Shown: positions 8,739 to 18,881, counted from the first letter of the stretch. The stretch is 49,631 nt of DNA from Candidatus Heimdallarchaeota archaeon (GCA_019057375.1 DXJF01000019.1:1-49631); one strand, 5' to 3'. The notes: generated by a model not told the origin, from the letters alone. Made by a program: numbers and translations.

Positions 8739-8861
8739 AGTTTCATTGTAGTTTCATTAAACAAAAATCTTTCTGAAACCAAAAAGACTAGTAATAAGTT
8801 AACAATTATCTTTTGTCAGTCTCATCAGATTTAAAAATCATATAAACGAAAGTCACATGTA

Positions 8862-9308
8862 ATGATTCAAGCTGTTTACATTATCTCAAGAACGGGTGTT
8901 CCTCTATATTTTAAGGAAAGGATACCAGAAGAAGATGATGTAACTAAAATTACTTTATTTTCTGGAGTAATTTCTGCAATACGAGCAGCATTGATTGAAA
9001 TAGATGCTGGGGAAGCAAATTACTTTACAACTCAAACCCATGAAGTCTATATAGAAGCTACAAACGTTTTTGCTGTAGCTCTTGTAAAAGATATAAAGGA
9101 TGAATTTGAGTCAGAAGTAATTAGTGCAATGATTGCAGATGTGATAACACAGATTACTTTTAATTTTGAAGAACTTCCAGAAGCAGGAATACTAAATGCT
9201 GAGGAAGAAGAAAAGATGACTACTATTATAGATAATCTCATGATAAAATGGGATGAATCAGCCAAAGATAGCTCAGCTCTAAAGAAAATAAAAGAATCAT
9301 TCTGGTGA
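8862..9308 (+). CDS. Longin/roadblock-like small protein (Asgard-type)
   Basis: MIQAVYIISRTGVPLY...LFSGVISAI pattern, which I recognise as typical of longin-like domains. Confidence 0.65.
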   Translation: MIQAVYIISRTGVPLYFKERIPEEDDVTKITLFSGVISAIRAALIEIDAGEANYFTTQTHEVYIEATNVFAVALVKDIKDEFESEVISAMIADVITQITFNFEELPEAGILNAEEEEKMTTIIDNLMIKWDESAKDSSALKKIKESFW

Positions 9309-9524
9309 ACCCAATGGTTTATGCAACGAGGATATCTGCTGTGTAGGAGTACTTTGTGGATATTTGGGATACGAGTTCCCAGATTGACTGAAAATGCTGC
9401 TAAAGCTTGGCGGAAACTAATTCCAATCCATTTTTCCAATTTTCCTTAATGAACAGTGTTGATTTATAGAAAATATTTTAAATGAGTACTAGATTAATTT
9501 ACTAAATTAAAGCAGTGAAGAATT

Positions 9525-11237
9525 ATGCCCGAACAGATTTGGAACTATTGTGAAGGAATTCCTGATCATATAGACGTACCGGAAATTAGCATTGTAGAAA
9601 TGTTTCGAAACACAGCGGAGAAGTTTCCTGACCGACAAATTACTGAATTTAAAGGAAAATACAAAACTTATAAAGAAACGGAAGAAGATGTAAACAGATT
9701 TGCAAATTCTCTCAAAGATATAGGAATAAAAAAAGGAGATAGAGTTGCATGTTTAATGCCCAACTGTCCACAATATGTTGTAGCATTTTTCGCAGTAAAT
9801 TCTTTAGGTGCGATTTTTACAGCAATAAGTGTATTGTATACTGCAAAAGAAATAAGATATCAGCTGCAGGACAGTGAAGCAAAAGCAATAATCACACTAG
9901 ATTTATTTCTAGATAAGGTTAGAGAAGTAAAAGGTGAAACAAAACTTGAATTTGTTATAGCTGGTTCAATAGGTGATGAACTACCAGGATTTACAGCATT
10001 TCTGTATAAGAATATAATAGCAAGAAAGAATCCTAAAATACTTGATGAGTTAGCCTACAAGGATTTCTTGAAGAAAGGCGCAAATAAGAGAATAGAAACT
10101 AAAATAGATTCAAAAGAAGATATTGCAGTTTTGCAGTATACAGGGGGTACAACCGGAATTATGAAGGGTGCTATGCTTACCAATTACAATCTCATGGCTC
10201 AAGCTACAATCCTACCTTATTGGGATATCTGGTTACCTTCTCGACCTGAAGGTCAGTATAAGATTTCAGGTTGTTTGCCTATGTCCCATATTTTTGGTTT
10301 TTCAACCTCTTTTCTTTGGACTATTGCTGTAGGTGGATTGCTTTATCTTATTCCTGATCCTCGTCAACTTGAAGAAGTTATGCAAAGTGTTTCTAAAAAT
10401 AAGATTCAATTCATGTTTGCTGTTCCCATTCTTTATCAGAAAATAGCTGAACACCCAAAAATTGACAAATATGACTTATCCTCTCTTTACTTGTGCATAT
10501 CTGGTGGCGAAAGCCTTCCTCAATCTACAGCTGAAAAATTTGAAGAAGCTATTGAAGGTGTCTTAATTGAAGGATATGGATTGTCTGAATCATCTCCTGT
10601 CACTCATGTCAATCCTGGAAATAAGAACTTACGTAAGGTTAATGCCATTGGTATTCCAATTCCTAATACTCTTGCTATGGTAGTTGATCTTGATACTCAA
10701 GAAGAACTCACAGAATATGGGAAGGAAGGAGAACTTTGGGTTCGTGGTCCTAGTGTTATGAAAGGATACTGGAATAATAAGGAGGCTTCAGATGCCGTTT
10801 TAGTCAAAGGTTGGCTAAGAACTGGTGACATTGCATCAATGGATGAAAAAGGTTACTTCAAAATAGTAGACAGAGCAAAAGATATGATTATTGTATCTGG
10901 ATATAAGGTCTGGCCTAGTGATGTTGAAGAAGTTCTTTATGCTCATCCCGATATCAATATGGTTGGAGTTGTTCAAGTCAAAGAAAAAAATTCAGAAAAA
11001 GTTAAAGCATTCTTGGTAGCTGAACCAGGATCAAAAGAATTATCTCGTGAAGAAATCAAAGTTTTCTGCAAAGATAAACTAGCTGCGTACAAAATACCAA
11101 CAATTATTGAGTACAAGGAAGATTTACCAAGAACTGCTGTAGGTAAAGTCTCCCGAAAAGATTTACGACAAAGTGAAGTAGCTGCTAGAAGTACTACTAG
11201 AGCTCCTGATATCAAACAAGAAGTCATTAAGAAATAG
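9525..11237 (+). CDS. fadD: Long-chain fatty acid-CoA ligase
   Basis: YTGGTTGIMKG, EGYGLSE, GELWVRGPSVMKGYW, WLRTGD, DRAKDMI and final PRTAVGK adenylation motifs. Confidence 0.9.
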   Translation: MPEQIWNYCEGIPDHIDVPEISIVEMFRNTAEKFPDRQITEFKGKYKTYKETEEDVNRFANSLKDIGIKKGDRVACLMPNCPQYVVAFFAVNSLGAIFTAISVLYTAKEIRYQLQDSEAKAIITLDLFLDKVREVKGETKLEFVIAGSIGDELPGFTAFLYKNIIARKNPKILDELAYKDFLKKGANKRIETKIDSKEDIAVLQYTGGTTGIMKGAMLTNYNLMAQATILPYWDIWLPSRPEGQYKISGCLPMSHIFGFSTSFLWTIAVGGLLYLIPDPRQLEEVMQSVSKNKIQFMFAVPILYQKIAEHPKIDKYDLSSLYLCISGGESLPQSTAEKFEEAIEGVLIEGYGLSESSPVTHVNPGNKNLRKVNAIGIPIPNTLAMVVDLDTQEELTEYGKEGELWVRGPSVMKGYWNNKEASDAVLVKGWLRTGDIASMDEKGYFKIVDRAKDMIIVSGYKVWPSDVEEVLYAHPDINMVGVVQVKEKNSEKVKAFLVAEPGSKELSREEIKVFCKDKLAAYKIPTIIEYKEDLPRTAVGKVSRKDLRQSEVAARSTTRAPDIKQEVIKK

Positions 11238-11247
11238 TTGAGTTTAT

Positions 11248-11943
11248 TTAAGAATCCAATATCTCTTCTATCCTCTTTCTATCTTTTTCTTCTAGAAGAT
11301 CAAGTCCCTTAATATTTTCCTTCTCAAATCTTTGAAGGAATATACATTTCTCATGATGCCATCGATAGTTTAGGTGATCTTCAAAATAATGAGGTTCGCC
11401 TATTCTTACAGTATCCTTCTCAATATTTGAACCACACTTTCTGCATTTGGCACGACTGCTTTTAGCATATTCAATTTTCCACTTCTCTTCTCTGTCATAC
11501 ATAGTAGGTTTAAAATCCTGATTTTCCATGATAGAATTAATAATCTCATGGGGATTCCCTCCTTCTAACGCATTTTTGTCTATCTTCAAGTGGAATGTAT
11601 CGTGATTGGACATAATGAAAGCCAGTTGTGCGGGTTTATTAATAATAAGCTTTTTCTCCACCATGATTTTAGGAGGTAATTTTTCGAAATCAATAATATA
11701 TTTTGCACAAGCTTTTGACATTAATTTACTCAGTTCTCTTTTATTCATTGGTTGAAGCTTATTGCCATCAATTATTCCATAAGTGGTTTGAATGACTGTT
11801 CTATCTATGTCATCAATGTATTCACGTTCTTTGAAAACAACAAAGGATCTATCTGGAATTTCATCTGTAATCTCTACAATTTGAAATGAATCAGGATCAA
11901 TGAAGTGTCCCCATTCATTATCGGAATCAAGATTAATCTTCAT
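11248..11943 (-). CDS. Hypothetical protein with a C-terminal PARP-type zinc finger
   Basis: WKIEYAKSSRAKCRKCGSNIEKDTVRIG...RWHHEKC at 11344-11481. Confidence 0.8.
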   Translation of the reverse strand: MKINLDSDNEWGHFIDPDSFQIVEITDEIPDRSFVVFKEREYIDDIDRTVIQTTYGIIDGNKLQPMNKRELSKLMSKACAKYIIDFEKLPPKIMVEKKLIINKPAQLAFIMSNHDTFHLKIDKNALEGGNPHEIINSIMENQDFKPTMYDREEKWKIEYAKSSRAKCRKCGSNIEKDTVRIGEPHYFEDHLNYRWHHEKCIFLQRFEKENIKGLDLLEEKDRKRIEEILDS

Positions 11944-12038
11944 CTTATGTCATCTAATTGCTATGTGTAGCATATTATTAATTTTTCTACAAATAAAATG
12001 AAGAAAAATTCAACTTAGATCTATTTGGTGAAAATTGA

Positions 12039-12521
12039 TTATCCACCTGGTGTGCCATGTGAAAAGGCATCTGACCACATGTGATCCCAAACATCTTCTT
12101 CTATTAGAGTTTCTTTTTCAACTATAGTTTTATAGATCCATTTCATTAATTCATGATGTCTAAGTTCATCCTCATAGATTGCTTTGATTACAATCTTTTC
12201 TTTATTATCAATACAGCATAGACTATCAAGATATTCTTTATATTTCTTTATTGCTAGAGCTTCAAGTTCCATATGTTCCTGTATTGCATGAGCAATCTCC
12301 TCTGATACCTTCTCCTCAATTGCTGGACTTGGTCCAGTTAATCTATCAAGCAAAGCTTGTAACATAGTTTCATGTTTTTGGGAATCTAAAGCTACAGCAA
12401 GAATCATCTCCCTAATTAATGGATTTTTAAGACCTTTTACAGCTTTTTGAGCAGCCGCGATGATTTTCTTTTCAACTTCTATTTGTTCGGTAAAAAATTT
12501 AATTCTTTCTTTTTCACTCAT
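12039..12521 (-). CDS. Ferritin-like/rubrerythrin-like four-helix-bundle protein
   Basis: Paired E...DSQKH and E...DELRHH diiron-type motifs. Upstream GGTGT SD-like site. Confidence 0.75.
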   Translation of the reverse strand: MSEKERIKFFTEQIEVEKKIIAAAQKAVKGLKNPLIREMILAVALDSQKHETMLQALLDRLTGPSPAIEEKVSEEIAHAIQEHMELEALAIKKYKEYLDSLCCIDNKEKIVIKAIYEDELRHHELMKWIYKTIVEKETLIEEDVWDHMWSDAFSHGTPGG

Positions 12522-12689
12522 TAATTACACCGATAGTTTGGATAAACTTGAAATTTCTTTAACATAACATTATATAAATATTCACAAGAACCAATAAAAA
12601 GGTTAGAGTTTCAGCTACTTTTGTAGTAATAGTTTTTTTTCTTAAATTAAGTTGCAAAAATTTTTAATCAACACATTTCTTCTTCTTGT

Positions 12690-13703
12690 ATGAGTTTAGC
12701 TGTAGATGTTTTGCTCATATTGATTCCTTTTGTTTTAGGGATTATTTTACTAGTCTTCTTCAAATTCAAAGCAGATACAGTTGGAACGATTCTCATTATT
12801 TTAATGCTTATTATAGGAATATTTTATTTTCTTACTGAATGGAAATTTGCACTTTTAGCATCTCTTGCAGGAATAATCAAATCATTTCCCATATCACTAA
12901 TGGTTTTAACTTCAATTTTGATGATAACCTATCAACAAAAAACAGGAGCATTAGATAAGATAGTTGTATCATTCAAGAAAATAGGTGGTGGAAATAAAGC
13001 TTTTCAAATAATGATGATAAATCTTGCTATAGGATGTTTTCTAGTTTCAATAGGAGCAACCCCCGTTACTATGCTCCCTCCAGTATTAATGGCAATGGGA
13101 TATTCAGCATTCGCTTCAGTTGCCCTTCCAGCAATAGGTTATGATCCCCTTACAACATATGCTTTACTAGCGGTTCCAGCAGAGTTTTTTGCATTCTTTA
13201 TGAAAGACACTCTACTTATCTCTCAAATTGACCAGCTTTCTCTACTTAGCAATCATATAATTGAACCTGAACTAGTAGCGTCAGGAATTGCTTTTTCATT
13301 CTATATGCCTTTAGTAACAATAGGAATAGCTCTGGGAATGCTATGGCTAGGAGGAGGGAGAAAACTACTTTTTAGTAAGGATGGAATAATTTTTGGTTTA
13401 ACAGCTGGAATTACAGCTGTTGGAACAGCTAATGGTGTAGGGGGAGGTCTTGCATCTGTGCTGTCTCCTGCGAAAATACAGAACGCAGCTGCAGTAATTG
13501 ATAGAGTTGGTATTGAAGGAGAAGTAATTAAAAAAGCTGCTCCTGTTGCATTTCTAATGACACTTTCAGTTTCTGCTGTTTGTTTATGTTGGGCTAACGC
13601 TTTTGTCTGGTGGCAATGGTTAATTGTTTTTGGCATATTTATGGCAATTATAGCAATTATTGGAACGCTACTTTACTTCCATAAGGGGAAAGAAGAAAGT
13701 TAA
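12690..13703 (+). CDS. lctP: L-lactate permease family protein, apparently internally shortened
   Basis: GATPVTMLPP...ALPAIGYDPLTTYALL and GGGLASVLSPAKIQNAAA...GIEGEVIKK motifs, but only 337 aa long. Confidence 0.7.
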   Translation: MSLAVDVLLILIPFVLGIILLVFFKFKADTVGTILIILMLIIGIFYFLTEWKFALLASLAGIIKSFPISLMVLTSILMITYQQKTGALDKIVVSFKKIGGGNKAFQIMMINLAIGCFLVSIGATPVTMLPPVLMAMGYSAFASVALPAIGYDPLTTYALLAVPAEFFAFFMKDTLLISQIDQLSLLSNHIIEPELVASGIAFSFYMPLVTIGIALGMLWLGGGRKLLFSKDGIIFGLTAGITAVGTANGVGGGLASVLSPAKIQNAAAVIDRVGIEGEVIKKAAPVAFLMTLSVSAVCLCWANAFVWWQWLIVFGIFMAIIAIIGTLLYFHKGKEES

Positions 13704-13870
13704 GTCCCTACAATAATTTGATGCAATAACTTAATTAGATAAAGCAGAAACAGAACAACTCCTACACTTGAAAGAATATATCCTAAAATAATAGCAGTAC
13801 CTAAAGCCCCTCCTCCAATAATATCAACGATTCTATGAACCAATTTTATATCAGAAGTTTCTTCCATCAT
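13700..13870 (-). CDS. Small 56-aa membrane protein missed by the ORF track
   Basis: Manual translation: MMEETSDIKLVHRIVDIIGGGALGTAIILGYILSSVGVVLFLLYLIKLLHQIIVGT*. It fills the gap and its stop overlaps the lctP stop convergently. Confidence 0.55.
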   Translation of the reverse strand: MMEETSDIKLVHRIVDIIGGGALGTAIILGYILSSVGVVLFLLYLIKLLHQIIVGT

Positions 13871-14055
13871 GCTCTAAAAGAAATCGTGTATTTTAAACTT
13901 TTCTCAGAATTATGTAAATTTTCTATCGAGAAAACAATTTATTAAACTCATAACCATTAAATCAAGAAGCTACAATACTTCTAAAAATCCAGAAGCAACA
14001 GAATACTATTAAGCAGTATTAAGCAACAAATATTCACAACAGAGTTGCTGATAAG

Positions 14056-15297
14056 ATGAAAATCACAAGAGTTGATCTAAAACTAAAATTAAATCCCAAG
14101 GAGCAGAACATGTATGCTTCAGCTTTATTAACAGTAAAGAATCCATCTTCCATCATAGATTTAATGATAAACAATCAACTCCAGTGGTTAGAGATTAAAT
14201 CTGAAGTTGAAAGGAAAAACTATTATTTTACCCCTGAAGAGAAATCTATTCCTGAAGATCACTTTCTCAAGTCAGCTAAGATTTGGTCAATAGAACTTCC
14301 TGAAGAATTACAAAATCTAGATGAATTATTGCTTTCAGTTAGATATTCTGGTCAAATAGAATCTGATCCGTGGACAACTAATTATTTGGAAGCAGAAGGC
14401 GTTGAATTGGGACTATATGTTGCTTATTATCCAATTTTAAACATAACTGATAGGTTAAGCTTTTCATTAATTCTTCAAGGACCTAAGGGGTGGACTTGGA
14501 TAATGAATAGTGAGAGACTCAAAGATTGTAATTGTGAAGTATGGGTAAGCGAAGAACCAAAAATTGATTTATATCTTATAGGAATTCCTGAAGATAAAGC
14601 AATAGAACAAGATGAACCAACAAGATTCTGGGGACTTAAGAGAAATTATGATAAGTTTGCTGACTTGGATGCCCATCTTGAAAAATTCTACAATAACATA
14701 ATTGAAATACTAGGCGAACCTCCTCTAAATCATTTCAAATTAGTTTTAGTTCCTAGAGAAAAAGGAGGAATGATTACTCGACAAGGAATTATAGCAATGC
14801 AAGACAACATTCCTGAAAGTATCATTACAGAAAATAGAGATATCCTTTTACTCAAATGGATTCATGAAATGTGTCATTTTTGGTTCAATAAAACATCTGT
14901 GGAAACTTATCACAATTGGATTGATGAAGCTTTAAGTGATTACTGTGCTTTATTTATTGCTAGATTCGAATTTGGAGAAAAGTTTTACAGAAATCAGATT
15001 GAGGGTATAAAAACAAAAATAAGAGAAAGTAGTGATTTAGTCCCTCTAAAGAATATTACTAGACAACATGAAAAAGCAGATCTTCTTTTTTACAAATATG
15101 GTTCTTTGATTTTTCATGAAATAAGTGAAGAAATTGGAGAAGAATCTTTTAAATTATTTCTTTCAGAATTTTCTAAAAAATCATTAAAAGCAACACAAAT
15201 AACTACTAGAGATCTGGTTAGTACTCTTAAGAAAATTAACAATCGTGATTGGGAGTCCTTCCTAAATGAAAAAATAGACAGAATCCCATCTATATAA
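14056..15297 (+). CDS. M1-family (gluzincin) zinc aminopeptidase-like protein
   Basis: HEMCH...WIDEAL (HExxH-x18-E) and a downstream LFYKYG tyrosine motif. The usual GAMEN motif is diverged (GGMIT). Confidence 0.78.
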   Translation: MKITRVDLKLKLNPKEQNMYASALLTVKNPSSIIDLMINNQLQWLEIKSEVERKNYYFTPEEKSIPEDHFLKSAKIWSIELPEELQNLDELLLSVRYSGQIESDPWTTNYLEAEGVELGLYVAYYPILNITDRLSFSLILQGPKGWTWIMNSERLKDCNCEVWVSEEPKIDLYLIGIPEDKAIEQDEPTRFWGLKRNYDKFADLDAHLEKFYNNIIEILGEPPLNHFKLVLVPREKGGMITRQGIIAMQDNIPESIITENRDILLLKWIHEMCHFWFNKTSVETYHNWIDEALSDYCALFIARFEFGEKFYRNQIEGIKTKIRESSDLVPLKNITRQHEKADLLFYKYGSLIFHEISEEIGEESFKLFLSEFSKKSLKATQITTRDLVSTLKKINNRDWESFLNEKIDRIPSI

Positions 15298-15301
15298 ATA
15301 G

Positions 15302-18100
15302 TTAGGAGAAAAAGCACATCTTTATCTCATAAGGTTTGAAACTCATCTCAAGTTGATTATCTTTAATTGTATCTTCTTTTATGATTCTACCATCTATTTT
15401 GAGCTGCTCACACTTTGTGAATTTAGAATTTACTTGAAAAGTTGATGATTCACTTTCTGAGTTCAAATTGAAGAAAGTAATGCACAACTTATCATTTCTT
15501 TTCCGCATAGAAGAGATTCTTATCCATGGATTAACAACATGTAAAAGTGATTCTGTTAATTTATTCTGGAGATTCCTATTCCTAATTAAGATAGACTTAG
15601 GTTTTAAGCAAAATGATTCTGAATAATTGTCACTTACATACATAGGTTCTTCTCTAGAATGAATAACAAAACCATATTCAAAGATATATTTTTCACCAAT
15701 TTCTTGAGCTCCAGGTGTCTCTAAAAATGGTCCAGCATGCATTGGTCTTTCATCATAATCTGCTCTTGAAAGAAACCCTACACATCTTAAAAGTGTTAAT
15801 GCAACTCTGGAATTATTAGCTAGTTCAACTTCAGGTAATCCTTTATTCATTAGTGAGAAAGCTAAATCTGAACTGCTATCTTCTATTCTAATAAATCTCT
15901 TCTGAGCTTGAATACCTGAAGGTTGTTCTTCATAACTATCATAACTAATTGGATCACTTTTACGTTTTACAACTCCAAAATGTGTTGAAGTAAATGTTTC
16001 CAAAGATGAATAAGGCAAGTCAAAACATATTCTTAAACGATGATCTTTTGCAAAATTGGTCAAAGCTGTTTGTATATCTATTCTTGGGATATCTCTGTAA
16101 AATCGAAAAATTGTTTTAACTGGAATAGTAATATTGCCTACCCTTTTATCTCGATTCTCATTTAAATGTTCAAAAAGTTCTAGGGTCATATCCTGTTCAA
16201 TTTCGGTGAATAAAGGTCCTTTGACAGTTAGTTTTCTTTTCACTTTCTTTATTTTTACAATTTCAGGACCTATTCTTCCAAAAGTATATTCATCTCCCTT
16301 ATCACCATAATCTTCAAATTTATGAAGCTGAGTAAATTCTGTATTTGTTCTTTTGTCTAGGTAATTGAAAGTCCCATCTGAATTAAATTTAATCTCGTAA
16401 AATTTGGTTGTAATCTTATTTTTCGATGATAACAATATTGCATTATTTTCTAGATAATCCATTTTTTCTAGAAGTTTAAATTCGTTGAAATTCCAACTAT
16501 TAAGAGGTGCTAGAACACTATAGTTTTGTTTTGACCCTAAAGATGCTTTAACATGATACTTTTTGTATTTCTTAGTGTTCATTAATTCTGTTGCTTGCTT
16601 CTTAAATTCATCTACATCGAAATCTCCAAGAGGAACTTTTCCACATAAAAGAGTGACATCACATATCTCAGGATTAATGTTATCAGAGATATAAACCTCG
16701 TTAAGGTAATAATCTAGAATCTTTCTTCCAGGCAACAATCTAAAACCTGTCTTTAACACAAGAGGAGAGAAGGTGTTTTCAAACAAAATTTCCTCAGAGG
16801 GATTTAAAGATTGAACCATATAATTGTTACCTAAACTATCCTGTAATCCAACTATTGGCTGTTTTGCAGGGGCAGAGAAATCAAAGAAAGATAGATTGTC
16901 AGAATTATTAGTTGGATTAAAAACATATAATTTTGGTTCATCTTCCTCAATTTCAAGCTTATCAAGTCCTTCCTTTAATTCATTTAACTGAGATTCTCCT
17001 ATGCTTTCAGCCCAATAATACCTTGATTTCATTTCTTCATGTGTTTGATCTATTGAACAACCACAAATGCCATCATGGGTTTGGTTTTTCAATAACCATT
17101 TCCATGCTAGATTCAAATAGGATGTTGGATAATCATAGTTGTTGAATAACCAAAAATAAGTGATTAAAGGTTCCACATAGTGAACAAGTAAATCTTCTAT
17201 TTTCTGGTTCCACTGTTTTATCCACATCCTCATAGAATAGGTATCTTGTAGAAGATGAGCCCTTGCAGAAGAGCGAAATTCACCAGAATATTCAGGTAGT
17301 AAATAATTTGTTCTTTGAAGTGAATCTTGCAACTCTGTAACATAATTATCTAACAAACTGAGGTTGATTTCAGTGTTTTCAATATCTACAAGTTTTGTTA
17401 AGATATCCATATTTGGATTAGGAAACTGATGATCAGTTCCATACATAAGAAGATATACAGGAACAGGGGAAAATTGCTTTAATTGTTCTATTTTGTTAAC
17501 AATTGAATCTTTTAGATCATTTTCATTTTCAGGTAAGTCTGCTGCATTACCATAACCTTTTGGCATGTACACACCAAGGATTGAATCGTGAGAGTGATAA
17601 TCACTTTTCCAATTGAAGGGTACAGTAATTATTTCAGGACCAACTCCCCTCCAGATAACAGCTGCTTTGAACGAAGTAAGATTTGAAAGGATTTGAGGAA
17701 TGGCTCTTGTATGTCCAAATTGGTCTGGAAGATATCCAATCTGCATTAAAGGAATACTTAATTCCTTAGCTAAATCAATGCTAACTTCTAGATTGCGAAT
17801 AAAACTTTCTTGACCTATCAACCACTCGTCAGGAAGTAAATACCATGGACCAAGAGCAATTTTACCTTCTCTAATCAAGGCTAGAAGTTCATCTTTTTTC
17901 TCAGGACGAATTTCAAAATAATCTTCTAAAACCACGGTTTGGCCATCAAGCATGAAAAAATAATCTTTCTTCTTAGTTATTTCAAGCAAATCATCAATAA
18001 GTTTTACTAACTGAACTCTGAAATTTTGAAATGGGAGATACCATTCACGATCCCAGTGTGCATGAGGAACAATAAAAACTTCTCTTTTCTCTTTTTTCAT
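15302..18100 (-). CDS. GH38 alpha-mannosidase
   Basis: HAHWDREWY, GPWYLLPDE, YLPDQFGH, YGTDH, HDGICGC, and C-terminal ALTLLRC...PGAQ motifs. Confidence 0.9.
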   Translation of the reverse strand: MKKEKREVFIVPHAHWDREWYLPFQNFRVQLVKLIDDLLEITKKKDYFFMLDGQTVVLEDYFEIRPEKKDELLALIREGKIALGPWYLLPDEWLIGQESFIRNLEVSIDLAKELSIPLMQIGYLPDQFGHTRAIPQILSNLTSFKAAVIWRGVGPEIITVPFNWKSDYHSHDSILGVYMPKGYGNAADLPENENDLKDSIVNKIEQLKQFSPVPVYLLMYGTDHQFPNPNMDILTKLVDIENTEINLSLLDNYVTELQDSLQRTNYLLPEYSGEFRSSARAHLLQDTYSMRMWIKQWNQKIEDLLVHYVEPLITYFWLFNNYDYPTSYLNLAWKWLLKNQTHDGICGCSIDQTHEEMKSRYYWAESIGESQLNELKEGLDKLEIEEDEPKLYVFNPTNNSDNLSFFDFSAPAKQPIVGLQDSLGNNYMVQSLNPSEEILFENTFSPLVLKTGFRLLPGRKILDYYLNEVYISDNINPEICDVTLLCGKVPLGDFDVDEFKKQATELMNTKKYKKYHVKASLGSKQNYSVLAPLNSWNFNEFKLLEKMDYLENNAILLSSKNKITTKFYEIKFNSDGTFNYLDKRTNTEFTQLHKFEDYGDKGDEYTFGRIGPEIVKIKKVKRKLTVKGPLFTEIEQDMTLELFEHLNENRDKRVGNITIPVKTIFRFYRDIPRIDIQTALTNFAKDHRLRICFDLPYSSLETFTSTHFGVVKRKSDPISYDSYEEQPSGIQAQKRFIRIEDSSSDLAFSLMNKGLPEVELANNSRVALTLLRCVGFLSRADYDERPMHAGPFLETPGAQEIGEKYIFEYGFVIHSREEPMYVSDNYSESFCLKPKSILIRNRNLQNKLTESLLHVVNPWIRISSMRKRNDKLCITFFNLNSESESSTFQVNSKFTKCEQLKIDGRIIKEDTIKDNQLEMSFKPYEIKMCFFS

Positions 18101-18200
18101 CTTTATTACCTAACTTCTAAAGATGATTATATGTAACAGTATATCTTTTTTTTGCTGATTCTGCCAATTCTTGATAGGAGTTAAAAAAGAGAGAAGCTTT

Positions 18201-18881
18201 TTATTTATTGAGAAATTCTTTCGCACTTTCAATGAGTTTTTTTGCTGAAGCTGGACCTATACCTTTTATTGGTGTAAGTTCTTCAATTTTTGCAAGTGCC
18301 AGTTGACTCGCATCCTTGAAACCCGCTTTCCTAAGTTCTACAGCTTTTTGCCCAACTCCTTTTACCTTCTCAATTGGAAAACTTGCAATCTTAGCTTTTG
18401 TTTTATCTTCTTTAGCTGGAACTGTTTTAAGTTTGGAATATTCAATAATTCCTTTTATTCTTCCTAGATGTTCAGTCCTAATACTCTTATCTTTCTTACT
18501 TAGATTTATAATGGTTTTTAGAATATCTTCACTTTGATTAATCATTTGAATAAATTCTTTTTGTTCTTTATTTGAAGCATCATAGAGCATTCCTAACCCA
18601 TTAATTGCATCTAAAAATGTGATAGTCGAATCAATAACAAGAAGTGGATGAGAGATTTCCATACTTTTTCTAAAGGCTGTTTTGGCAAGAAGAAAACTTT
18701 TTTCATAATCTCCTACTTTAATCATGATTTGACAATTAAGCAACATCGCTGCTAGTTTTTCAATATCATTTAGCTCAACACCCTTTTCCAACAAATTAAG
18801 CTGACGAGTTGCTTCTGTATGGTTCCCTTTCTCAAGTAAATCTTCAGCTTGTCTCAATCCATCAAGATATACTCCAAACAT
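18201..18881 (-). CDS. Helical (TPR-like) protein with a C-terminal helix-hairpin-helix domain
   Basis: C-terminal IEKVKGVG...AGF...LTPIKGIGPASAKKLIESA double HhH pattern. The N-terminal region is alpha-helical. Confidence 0.68.
   Translation of the reverse strand: MFGVYLDGLRQAEDLLEKGNHTEATRQLNLLEKGVELNDIEKLAAMLLNCQIMIKVGDYEKSFLLAKTAFRKSMEISHPLLVIDSTITFLDAINGLGMLYDASNKEQKEFIQMINQSEDILKTIINLSKKDKSIRTEHLGRIKGIIEYSKLKTVPAKEDKTKAKIASFPIEKVKGVGQKAVELRKAGFKDASQLALAKIEELTPIKGIGPASAKKLIESAKEFLNK

Noticed and set aside
9306-9447. Open frame of about 46 codons after the TGA of the longin-like gene, with a small GGGA/TCCC hairpin
   Set aside because: The extension has no recognisable motif and no convincing SECIS geometry. 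It can be explained by chance.
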